Shown here one piece after another: positions 32,435-44,849 of a DNA stretch of 64,000 nt (positions are counted from its first letter, which is position 1; every line of letters begins with the position of its first letter). Under the pieces are notes generated by a model that did no database searches, was not told where the DNA came from, and worked only from the letters and a program-made list of their open reading frames with translations. Source of the DNA: Selaginella moellendorffii (Eukaryota > Plantae > Lycopodiophyta); contig NW_003314283.1 of the NCBI RefSeq assembly GCF_000143415.4, forward strand, positions 1,354,330-1,418,329, read 5' to 3'. The position numbers and the translations under genes are program-made.

Positions 32435-34042
32435 TCAGCAGACGCTGACCTGCTTGTAGTGGCTGGGTCTACCGTCTGGGTATCTCACCAGTGTCATTCT
32501 GTAGCCTTCACGCTTGAGAAGCAACTGTTGACTCAACTCGAGTTGCTCACAAGCCATTTCTCCGGCATGCACACTTGAACCTCGGATGACTTTGGAGTGC
32601 AGCANNNNNNNNNNNNNNNNNNNNNNNNNNNNNNNNNNNNNNNNNNNNNNNNNNNNNNNNNNNNNNNNNNNNNNNNNNNNNNNNNNNNNNNNNNNNNNNN
32701 NNNNCGTTGGGATGTGGAAGTTCTTCTCCTCGGAAGAACGTTGGGCTGCCACAAGAGAGGAATGGATGATGTTGATACCATACTTGGGACCTCGATTTGG
32801 ATGCGGATGGATGGAGATGCGCAGCTGCAACGGGAAGAGCCACTCCACCATGGCCGAGTATGCACGGTTCCTGAGGATCATGAGGAAGGCAACCTGGCTG
32901 CACAGCTTCTTCTTGGCCGACTTTGACGGGAGATTCTTACAACTCTTGTGTTCGTACAAGTCCTCGAGCATGAACCTGGAGAAGCCACGATAAAGATTGC
33001 GTGTCTCCGGGTCATCCTTGATCTCCTTGGTGACAGTTGACTCGTCACAGCCAAACAAGCACATGAGAGCTCGCCTGGAATTCTCTGCATTGGCGGTGAG
33101 CTCGGTAGCAACAGGATGCTCCACGGTGGTGTTGGAGATAAGCTTTGCGATGCTGTTCTCGCTGTGGTTGTCCAGCAGAAACTCATCCAGGCGAAAGAAA
33201 TTGACCAAGCCCGGATACAAGTTGTGTGCCATCTCCCAAAACATCTCGCCATAAGAATCCACAGCAGCATCGTCCGAGCCGACGAGATCAGAGAAGACAT
33301 GGCCATCCGAGGCGACGTTGTAGTGCACGCCTGGAGCATACACGGCCTTGATGAGATCCGCAACAATCTTCATGGAATCGATGGCCAGCTCCTCGGCCTT
33401 GTCCGGGCACTTTCCCAGAGTCTTGTCGGGATTGCACGACTTGACTGGAAATGCGGGCAAGACGAACTCGAGTGGAATGTTTCTTGCGACGTGGTACCTC
33501 ACCTTGTCCGCAAACCTCTGCTTGCCCCCACTTGTGAACCACTGGTCGTGCTTTGGAAAGTGGATGTAATTCCTCTCGATGATGTCCACAATTTGGGAGG
33601 TGATATCGTCCACCTCTTGAGGTGTGTGCGAGCTGAAGGGCTCCAGAAGACAATCCCTAGTCATGACGCTGTTGTCCAGCAGCAGAGAGGCAAGATACTT
33701 CATGTTCTCGCTATCCTCCTCCTGGATGAAAACCACGCCCTCGAATCCATTCCCAATGTATCTCTCGTAGACGGTGGCTTCCCACGAAGAGCATGAATCA
33801 ACTCCAAGCATGGAAATGGTGTATCTGTTGATCTCTGGAGCAACGGAGCGTGTGGCTTGCTTGGCCGCCTCTAAATCTTCTGCTGTGCTTGCAACCATGG
33901 AGGAAAACGTGAATTCCTCACTGGTGCTCTTCCGAGTGGCAACTTGGGGGACATATCTCCTGGCAGACTGTGAGATGAAGGGAACCTCGCCATTCTCCTT
34001 GTGGATATACAAGAACGCAATCTTGTCCTTTGGAAAAGCCAT
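32435..34042 (-). CDS. Isocyanide synthase (DIT1/PvcA family), copy 5, spanning an assembly gap
   Basis: MAFPKDK start and all ICS motifs up to HIPT. The 100-N gap replaces about 15 codons. C-terminus is intact. Confidence 0.85.
   Translation of the reverse strand: MAFPKDKIAFLYIHKENGEVPFISQSARRYVPQVATRKSTSEEFTFSSMVASTAEDLEAAKQATRSVAPEINRYTISMLGVDSCSSWEATVYERYIGNGFEGVVFIQEEDSENMKYLASLLLDNSVMTRDCLLEPFSSHTPQEVDDITSQIVDIIERNYIHFPKHDQWFTSGGKQRFADKVRYHVARNIPLEFVLPAFPVKSCNPDKTLGKCPDKAEELAIDSMKIVADLIKAVYAPGVHYNVASDGHVFSDLVGSDDAAVDSYGEMFWEMAHNLYPGLVNFFRLDEFLLDNHSENSIAKLISNTTVEHPVATELTANAENSRRALMCLFGCDESTVTKEIKDDPETRNLYRGFSRFMLEDLYEHKSCKNLPSKSAKKKLCSQVAFLMILRNRAYSAMVEWLFPLQLRISIHPHPNRGPKYGINIIHSSLVAAQRSSEEKNFHIPTXXXXXXXXXXXXXXXXXXXXXXXXXXXXXXXXXXLHSKVIRGSSVHAGEMACEQLELSQQLLLKREGYRMTLVRYPDGRPSHYKQVSVC
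32605..32704. other. Assembly gap (100 N)
   Basis: Run of N inside ICS copy 5. Confidence 1.
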
Positions 34043-34401
34043 GGAAATCAGTGCAGAAGTTGCTAGATTGTGTGCGTAGAAACCGCTGCTGCTGTGGATG
34101 AGCTAGCAACTGTATGAATGATTTGTTGAAGCTGTGGCACCACTAGAGCTTTATATAAGGGGAGTTGAATGGACCATCTTTGACAAGAGTTTCTACATTT
34201 GAAAACGTGTTCAACTTAGATTCCTCTTTGGAAGACAAAGTCACATACCTCTCCTTTTTCTATTGTTCCTGGGAAGCTTCGCATGTTTGATCATTCTTGA
34301 TATTCCCTCGCTCTGTAGTTTTTTCGTCCTGAAACACATGACGCCAATAGAAGAAAATGTAAAGAATGCTAGAGTCTCTTTCTTACGGCTAAGTCGTGCC
34401 A

Positions 34402-34516
34402 CGTTTCTCAGTACTGGAACAGGACTTCGGCAGGGCTCGCGTTTCTCAGTACTGGAACAGGACTTCGGCAGGGCTCGCGTTTCTCAGTACTGGAACAGGA
34501 CTTCGGCAGGGCTCGC
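34402..34516 (+). repeat. Three exact 38-bp tandem repeats overlapping the karyopherin stop codon
   Basis: CGTTTCTCAGTACTGGAACAGGACTTCGGCAGGGCTCG at 34402, 34440 and 34478. Confidence 0.95.
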
Positions 34517-37500
34517 CGCCTGAAGGACTCGAGAAAAGTCCAAGACTAGCTCTGGACAAGGACACTGTCGTCAGTCTTTTCGAAACTTCGCTCACCAACA
34601 AAGATGACCTTGAAAAGCTCGTCTCAGGTGTGTTCGCATGACTGCTGCTACGAATTGCCGCTTGCTTGCTTCGTCCATGACTCCATGCCTTGCTGGTAGC
34701 TCTGGAGAGGTGACAAAGGCACGAAGTACAGGTTCCGTGCTGGCTGGGTGTTCCAGAGCTAGACTGTATAGGATGTCTGCTAAGGCGTCTCTGAAGATCA
34801 CGGTCAGTTGTCCGTAGGCCACGTACCTGACGACTGTCTGTAACGCTGTTAAGTGGCTTGAAAGTGAGTACCACTACAAATGTACCTCTACCAGTCTTGG
34901 TATGCTGGGGACGACAATTTCATTGACATATGGTTTAAGGTCCTGAGAAATCCGCCACGACTCCGTCTCGCTCAATCCTCCCAGAAAAATAGTACTTGTT
35001 ATGAACTTAGCAGCATAAACTGCAGGCTCAGAATCACCTCTTTGCAAAACACCTGCCAGAGCTGAAGTCGTAAAAAAAGACACCCAGGAAACTTTAAAGC
35101 TTACCAATGGCACACCCGAAAAACTTTGCCAGCGACTTTGACGGAACAAAAACGAGAGGGATGTCCCGGAGGCAGCTGCTGCCGAGGCTACAAATCGCAC
35201 CTAGCGATTCAAAGGCATTGTCTTTGCGCTGTCGAGATTCTTGGTGACTTAAAACCACCAGCTCCAGGAATTCAACGACATCACTGACTTCTTGTAGGCA
35301 GTTTGACAAACAGAAGTGTAGCTCATCGTGCATTGTCTTAGACGACGATACCAGGACAACAATCTGTAAAAATCCACCAATATAAGCGCGACGAAGAAAA
35401 AAACATCAAGAACTTACGCTGCACAAACATTGGATGCAAGAAGGAACGAGGTGCTGCTTAAACATGCCCGTGACAAGTCCCAGCACACGGGGAAGTACAT
35501 CCTCCATCATGACGCCCATTCGAGTAGCCAAAGCTCCCCATAAGTCGCACAAACTTCTAGCAACATCAATGCTTGTCGCCCAGTTTGTCGCTAGAACATC
35601 AAGACTACTCCAAATTTCTCGCAAAACTGGCACCGCAGGATGTGCGTCTGATTTTCTCCCAAAGTCCACAACAGCTTTTATCGTTCTCAAGGCACTTTCC
35701 AAAGGTTTGCCATATGCATCAGTAACCTGTAAATAAGCACACGTCATTTCAAGTCAAAACCATCTCCATGCTAGCAAAACTTACTTGCATCACTGAGCAT
35801 TGTTTGATTGTAGCCACCGCCGAGGCTGTTAAGCCCTGGATAGTTGCTTCCGATTCATGGACTGGCAATGCAGCGGCAACGGCTGCAAGTCCTTCGATCA
35901 GCATAACGCTCTCCTTGCTTTGCAGCCCTCCTAATGAAGTAGTGATTGCTGTTTCGCAAGCTCCCATCAGTGGAGACAGAGCACGCGCAGCGGCTAACTG
36001 CGATGCTGATGCTCGGCAAAGTTCACGTAAGGATTCAGCACCGGATGCCTTCGCTGTACACAAGAATAAACCAAAATAGTAAGGTGAAAACTTTAACGAG
36101 ATAAGGAATTTACCATCAGGAACAGCAAGAGCTGTAATGCTGTAGCTCACAGCTTTCTCAAGTGCTACAGGATCGGCAGCAATCCATTCTGAGAAGCTTT
36201 TGAGTAGCCTTGCAGCCGTATTGACAAGCTTCCCAGACGGCCATCTCGCACTGACTGTTAAGACAATGGTCAGCAGAAAATTGGTAGCTAAAGCCACGAA
36301 TGCATACCTGATTCCAGAAGATTGTGTCCTCCAAAAGCTCCGGAAAACAAGCTCCTCAAAAGTTCTACGGCAGCCTTTTGAGTGTCAACAGCGGAAGTAA
36401 TCTGTTCTCGTAGACAAGAAACTGCATACAGATAGAATTCCGCGTGTTGCCAACAAGAGGCTTGCAGTAAATTTTCAGAAATATACACTATAAGGTCGCA
36501 CCTTAGCACCTTGAAACAGGAAGCAATAGCATCCTCAGCTATGCCATAGCGAAATCTATATCGAAGTACAAAAGTTAGTATCTGCAACAAAAACTGACAG
36601 CTTTTACCCGCAAAAATCATCGTCGTCTATGTCAAAATCGTCAGAGGGATGCTTTGCAACCCTTGCAAGTGCCTGTAAAAGCACGAAGACTTACTTGTCA
36701 TTTTCATGGTTAAGATAATTGATAACCAGACCTCAAAGATAGCCAGGAATATCTTCTCTCGAGGAACATTTACCGAGGAGATGGTGGCGAAACGGGGCCA
36801 CGCCACTGCCACCATTGCCGCTCCATCAATACCAAGACCACCGCCGCCGCCGGTTGCATCGATCATCCACTCGATCAAGAGTAAATCTTCCGGACCTCCT
36901 TTACAAATCAATGCGGGTTCGGAAGCCCCGAGAGCAGCAAGAACGCAGCACAAAGCATGCGAGCGTCGTTGGGAGGAGCTGTTGAAGTACCTTTTGTAGC
37001 TGAGAAGAGCTGCAAATCCGAGTTAAACCAAAACCAATTAACAGGTAATCCTCACCGGAAATAACTGCTCGCACTGCAGCATCCCTGCCTGGAAGGCAAT
37101 CGACAGCTGAAATAAGCTCGGACAGCGCTGCAGACGACGCAATCACACAGGACTCGTTATCGGATCCCAGGGAAGCCAGCAGCACATTGAAGATTTTCGG
37201 ATAATCCGAGTACGTTTCAGACAAAGTGCCACCACCTTGCAACCTGGAACATCTTAAAGATCAGCTCAGAATGGAGCTTGTTACATACCATCTCTCGAAG
37301 CACGTTAGCGTTTTCTCCAGAAGTGGGACGCTAGTTACATTTTGAAGAAAGCCCAGAACTCGCGGGTAGGATAACTGGATGCATTGCATAACCTGACAGA
37401 GAACCTGCATTAGCTCAAGAGATACAAAGAAAAAGAGAAGAGAACTTACTTCCCACGCAAGAGCTCGAGACCTGTGTAGCGTTTCTTCCGCGAGCGCGAT

Positions 37501-38033
37501 CAACAGTTCTAGCGCCAGAGACACCGCTACCTCGTTTGTCATGTCTGTTTTCTCGATTACATCTGCCACCAGCTAGAAGATCAATCGAAAGATTAAAACT
37601 GGAAGAAAGAACGAAGAAGAAAGAAAGAACGAACCTGGGAGCACGCCTCTCCTCCAGCAACAGCAGCAGCAGCGCTCAAAACGACGCACACCCGGCTCGC
37701 CACGATTCTATCTCCTACATTTTTAGGCAATTGCCAGAGAAGAAGATCGAAAATCTCGTGCGCGTCAATCTCATCCAGCTGGACCCAGTCCGATCGCAGC
37801 TTGGACAGCAGCAGATTGAGCACGAAGAACTTCACCTCCGCTGATCGTCCCAGCGCGGAGCCATCGGGAGGGAAGGCGAGATACAAGGCCACAGTCCACA
37901 TTTGCGGCCTGGAAACGAAGGCGCTCACCCATTGATTGGCCTCCTGCTGCCGCTGCGCGTCCCTGGCATCGAGAGCCGCAGCAATGGCGGCCTCGAGCAT
38001 TCCCGCATTCTTGGCGAGCTCTTCCTCCTCCAT
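34484..38033 (-). CDS. Importin-beta family karyopherin (transportin-3/importin-13-like), multi-exon
   Basis: N-terminus MEEEELAKN...QQEANQWVSAF...W.VA...EVKFF.LNLL.SK.R.DW fits IBN_N/Xpo1, followed by HEAT-like helical exons. Predicted last splice gives RRAFQ|ELVLDFSRVLQAASPAEVLFQY*. Confidence 0.78.
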
Positions 38034-38109
38034 TCTAGCCCTAAAACAGAGGCCTAGACCTAAAATAAAATAAGAAGATTCCCTGAAATTAGGGTTCTTC
38101 GTTTCTTCC

Positions 38110-39300
38110 ATGGTAAGTGATGGAATGCGTGCGATGTGACTCTCTGATCGATCACTGCGCAGGCGGATCCGGCTTCCGTGGCGCAAATCATCGATGGGAA
38201 GGCAATCGCGAAGGCGATTCATCAAGAGATCGCGGAGGAAGTCGCTCAGCTCAAGGAACAGCACGGCAAGGTAGAACACAGGGCATTTTCTTTCGTTTTG
38301 TAATGTGTTTGTTTCCTTGGTTTGCTCAAGGTCCCTGGATTGGCTGTGGTTATAGTGGGCGAGCGAAAGGATTCGCAGACTTATGTGAGAATGAAGAGGA
38401 AGGCCTGTGCTGAGGTTGGAATTAATTCCATCAATGTGGATCTTCCGGAGAACATCTCTCAGGAAGAGCTCCTGGATCAAGTTCTAGAGCTAAACGAGAA
38501 TCCTGACGTCCATGGTATGTGTTTTCTTTCATAGTTTTCGTATTGCTCACAAGTTTTAATCGGCAGGGATTCTCGTCCAGCTTCCACTTCCCAAGCACAT
38601 CAACGAGGAAGCCATCCTCAACGCCGTAGGCCTCGACAAGGACGTGGATGGCTTCCATCCTTTAAACATTGGAAAGCTTTGCATGAAAGGAAGAGAGCCA
38701 TCGTCCATTCCATGCACTCCCAAGGTATGATCATAGAATGATAATGGTGAGTTTCTCATCTCTTGGGACTCGCAGGGGTGCATCGAGCTTCTCAAGAGGA
38801 GCAAAATCCCGATTGAGAAGAAGAAAGCTGTTGTTGTTGGTCGTAGCAACATCGTTGGAATGCCTGCTGCGTTGCTCTTGATGAAGAACGACGCTACCGT
38901 CACTGTGGTTCACTCGAGAACACCCGAACCGCAAGATATTGTAAAGGAGGCTGACATCGTTATTGCAGCAGCTGGCCAGCCACAAATGGTACTTCGTTTG
39001 CTCGCAATCTTTGTTCTTTTCTCTAACTTGGTAGAGTTTTTCTTTTTCTTTTCTTTTTTCCAGATTAAAAGAGACTGGATAAAACCCGGTGCTGCGGTTA
39101 TCGATGTTGGGACAAATGCCGTGAGTGATCCATCGAAGAAACTCGGCTATAGAATTGTCGGTGATGTGGATTTTGAGGAAGTGAAAACTGTTGCTGGCTG
39201 GATTAGTCCGGTTCCAGGAGGTGTTGGTCCCATGACCATAGCAATGCTGCTACGTAACACCGTCGACTGTGCGAAGGCAGCCTTTGCAAGTGGTGCCTGA
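38110..39300 (+). CDS. FOLD: Bifunctional methylenetetrahydrofolate dehydrogenase/cyclohydrolase (FolD)
   Basis: ATG-only first exon (ATG|GTAAGT), then [56 protein letters not shown] and [17 protein letters not shown]. Confidence 0.95.
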
Positions 39301-39552
39301 TCACAGAAGAAGGAACTGGATCTTTCCAGCAATAATCTCATGAAAGTTCTTGTATCGGCTAGTCGGTCCGGTGAGTTGAAAGGAGGTAAACATTTCATGT
39401 CTGCCTGATTTCGTGGTGAATCTTCTCGAAGCTCTTGCAGTGGAACTGAAGAGCGTTCTTCGCAAAAAGTCTTCCGAGAAGTTGACGATTTTTCACTCCT
39501 TGGCTGACATTTGATTTTCTACAGTGTTTTCTTGGCATTGCGAAGCAAGTGG

Positions 39553-39900
39553 CTATGGCGTGCGGATCCGAGGCTATTGTTGCTAAGTTGCGTGATGGAA
39601 GATCTCTTGCTTACGACGAGTATGGCAGATTGAAAGAAACGTGATCGTCATCCAGGGCCTTCGGAGTTCTCGGCACCATCGTCTCGCGTGCTCAGAGGTT
39701 CTTTTCCTAACTTTTCTATCAGCCTCTCAGGGCCTTGTGTTTTTCTGTTTGTCCAGAAAGAGCTCGGAGTTTACTTGGTCGAATTCCAAATCCACAGCTC
39801 TCGATCAGCAAGTTATGTGCGCAAGCTCTACTTCTACTTGGACTAGCCTTGTCTTTCAGATGATGATTGAAACGCAGGGTATGGTTTTTTCATCCTTGCA
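39553..39900 (+). pseudogene. Alpha/beta-hydrolase 5' remnant (paralog of the gene at 46711)
   Basis: Clear similarity to 46705-46950 (KLRDGRSLAY.EYG; VIQGL.SSRHHRL), with deletions. Confidence 0.75.
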
Positions 39901-40124
39901 AACAATTGGATGGGGATATTTCAAGAGAAATTCAAGCGGTTGGGTGATCCCTGTGATAAGCACCTCTGTAGAGAGGGACCGAGGTGGCAAAGAAATGTCC
40001 TCATTCCCCACAACTGCAGCAAATCCAAAAAGCTAGATTTGAAGCTGAAATGGTCCACAGCATCACACTTATTGACTTTCACCATCACACAGGTCTTAGT
40101 TTTATTAACATAAATTGCAGTATC

Positions 40125-41538
<1,414 letters not shown>

Positions 41539-41837
41539 GGCGCCGAGTGATGCTAATGGCCTGCCATAACTAATTATATAACCCCGGCTGGAGAACTCCA
41601 AATTGGATTTCGTATTCCTGTGTAATGACATGACTCCTCCTCTCATCCAACGACAAGGATGGATCCACGACGCTTCCAGCGCAGCTTCGCGTCAGTGTCC
41701 TTGGAATCTTATGTCGAGATCTGGATTGGACTTATGCAAACATAAAATTTATGCCTGGAAATTAGGGTTCTTCGTTAAGTCTGTATGTGTAGGTGGATGG
41801 CCATCGCAAAAGTGATTCATCTTCTTTGTTGTTGCTC

Positions 41838-42640
41838 AAGGTCCCTGGTGTGGCTGTGGTCGTGGGCGAGTGAAAAGGTTCAGACTCACGTGAGGAAAGA
41901 GGTTGCATCAATGTGGATCTTCTACACTTCTCAGGAGAGCTCAAACAAGAACATGGACGTCTATGGTATTCGTTTTCTTTTCTCTCTTTCATGTTTCTCC
42001 CAAGTTTTAATCCACAGGCCACTTCCCAAGCACATTAAAGAGGAATACACTTGCATAGTTTACATTGGAAAGCTTTGCATGAATGGAAGAGGGCCATCGT
42101 CTATTCCATGCACTCCCAAGGTATGGTGTTCCTTTTAGGGTGTATCGAGCTTCTCAAGAGGAGTGAAAACCTGGATAACACCTCTCCATGAGATCTTCCC
42201 AGGTTTCTAATCTAGTTCCTAAATCTAAAGCTACACTCCAAAAAGATTGCTCTTACCTGGATGTGCCAATCCAAGTAGAATCTGTAAAAGACAAGTTGAA
42301 AGATGTTAGTCCCATGCCTTTGATCCCTTGAAGGTAGTGGATAAGCTAGGCATTGCAGTGAAGAGTCAAAAAGATAAGCAGTATTGCAATGTATTTTGTA
42401 TAAGGGATGAGTCTAAAAACATTTTAAGTCCTATACTTTTATAGTCACTATTGGTTAGGAACACATTCCTAACTTTGATCCTCTCAAGTTTGCATTCCTA
42501 AGCTTAAGTCTCCAAAGTGCAGGTTCTCCAAAGAGCAAAATCCCAATTGAGAAGAAGAAAGCTGTTGTTGTTGGTCTAGCAAAATCGTTGTGTTGCTCTT
42601 AATGAAGAATGGGGCTACTGTCATCTGGTTCACTCAAGAA
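41838..42640 (+). pseudogene. FolD pseudogene, interrupted by insertions; 3' remnant at ~46440-46480
   Basis: Exons and introns are collinear with 38330-38920 but carry deletions and frameshifts. Insertion at ~42170-42520. Confidence 0.85.
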
Positions 42641-44849
42641 CAACTAGTCTTCTATTACTCTACATTTTTTATAAACTATATTTATATGTTATCTCTTTTG
42701 TTAAGAGAAAAATAAGCCTCCAAATAAAACACAAGATTAATAAAAACATGAAAAACCAACTATTAACCAAAAAACATTTTACCTTTACGTAGCAATGACA
42801 GTTGTAATCTTAAGACTGACACAATGTTTCAAAACAAAAGCAATGAAAGAGGATTTGTAAAAGTATCACCTACTATATCCTAAGTAGTAACTAATTTTCC
42901 CACAACATTACATCAAATAAAACATATTGATAGTGTATGTTAACATACTTAGACTTCGAGTGAAGTTGACCAAAGCAATACTAAATTGATTATCATAGTA
43001 TAAAAACATGGGAGTGACAGAGGATATCCCAATTTAGTAAGTAGTTTATGAAACTATATAATTTCTCGAGTGGCTAAACTAGCTATAACATATTTTGCTT
43101 TTGTAAAAAATAATGTTATCCAATGTTTACACTTAAAAAAACTAAAAGACAACACTAGAATTTACATGAAAACATAAGCCACTTCTAGATTGACAAGAGT
43201 CATAAATTACACCAGCCCAATTTAAATCAGTGTAAACTGTTAATATCATAGAATGATTTTTAAATGCATATAAGTGATCCCATGATTAATAATTCCTTTA
43301 AGATATCAAAGAACTCATTTTTCCTCCCAATGGATAATTTATGAAGTTGTAAAATATTGTCTGAAAGAATTAGTAATATATATGATATCAAGCTGAGTAA
43401 CATTACTATGTACATTAAACTTTGACACTCTAAAACATTAGTAAAGGTAACAAAAAGAAATGTAAAGCTTTGGAGATGTAGGAATCAACTATAGTTTACA
43501 ATTCATCATTTTAAAATATCATTATTGATATAGTTAATAAAACATGAAAAATCATGTTTTAGAGCTGCTCCAAACCTAGTACCTCCTTCAAATACCAACT
43601 ACAATTTGACTACACTAAGATTTGAAGAGCTATCTTATAGATAAATATTAATTACCTTTCCTATTCCTCATTAATAATTGGTGTAGATTTTACACTTGCA
43701 AGTTTCTCTAATACCATACATAGTTCTCATGCTAATAAGTGGTGTGATTCTAAATATTATTCTTTAATTGCCAAAAATATATTCATTTTAAGCGGTTGTG
43801 AATGTAGGGGGTCTTAATCCAGTTTTATCTAATCTTTTTTGGTAAAAAAGATAAAATTCACTGTGCAAAGTAACATTTGTGGATCCAGCAGCTGGAATCA
43901 AGATGTCAGCCTACGCTTGACGTGAAGTTAAAGGGGGATTTAGTCTATTTTGTCTTTATTTGGATATATTTAATTAAGGATTACGTATTAGGGATTTCAT
44001 CAACTAAGGATTAAATTATATGTTCATTTTCATAGTGGCTCTCTTAAACATCATGTAAAGAGAGGATGGTGCCTCTATGAATTGATATTGTTAGGTGGTA
44101 TTGCATTTTTTTTTATATTCAATGTTTCTTTAATTTTTAGATTTCATAATAGTTAGAGCTTTTGAGTTCTTTCACAATATCTATTTTGAATATCTTGGAT
44201 TTTGAGTGGGGCTAAATTATCTTTAATTTTGATGATCAAAGTTATCTAGGCACGTTTTGAGTATTGTTTGATATCAAAGATTATCATTCAGTTGACAAAG
44301 ATTGTTAGAATAGGTCACAAAAGATAATAAATTGTCAAAAAAACTTATTAAAAAAGAGACAATTTTTGTCAATTGAACAACAATGCTCTTTGATATTGAA
44401 CAATACTCAAAATATGGTCTAGATCATCTTAATCATCAAAATCAAGGATAGTTTGATACTAAAGAATTTGGAAAACTCTCATAGCCACTATGAAATCCAA
44501 AAATGTTAGAACAAAGCCAAATATTAAATCTCAGAAACATATGGAATGCCAAATCATTTAACAAGATCAATCTGTGAAGGCACAATCCTCTCTCTAGAGA
44601 AAGGATAATGATGTTTGAAAGAGCCATAATGAAAACTAATATATCCAAAATAATCACTTCAACCAGATAAAAGCTGTCATGTCCACCCTAAAAAATCACC
44701 ATAACAGATCAATCATGGTAGTATTCAAGGTACATGAGAGTGATGATGTAGTCATCAAAAAAAAAAAAAACAGAATGGTTAAAAAAGATATAAACCTAAG
44801 TACCTTTGTGAATTATAGTAATTTTCAAAAAGCACGAATCTCGTTATGT

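Noticed and set aside
7016-34042. Fungal or bacterial contamination as the source of the ICS genes
   Set aside because: Copies 1-4 lie on gap-free sequence with intron-containing plant genes and a plant LTR element with TSDs, and copy 5 abuts the karyopherin gene. Read-level confirmation is still advisable.
34402-34516. CRISPR-like array
   Set aside because: The repeats are contiguous with no spacers, the context is eukaryotic, and there are no cas genes.
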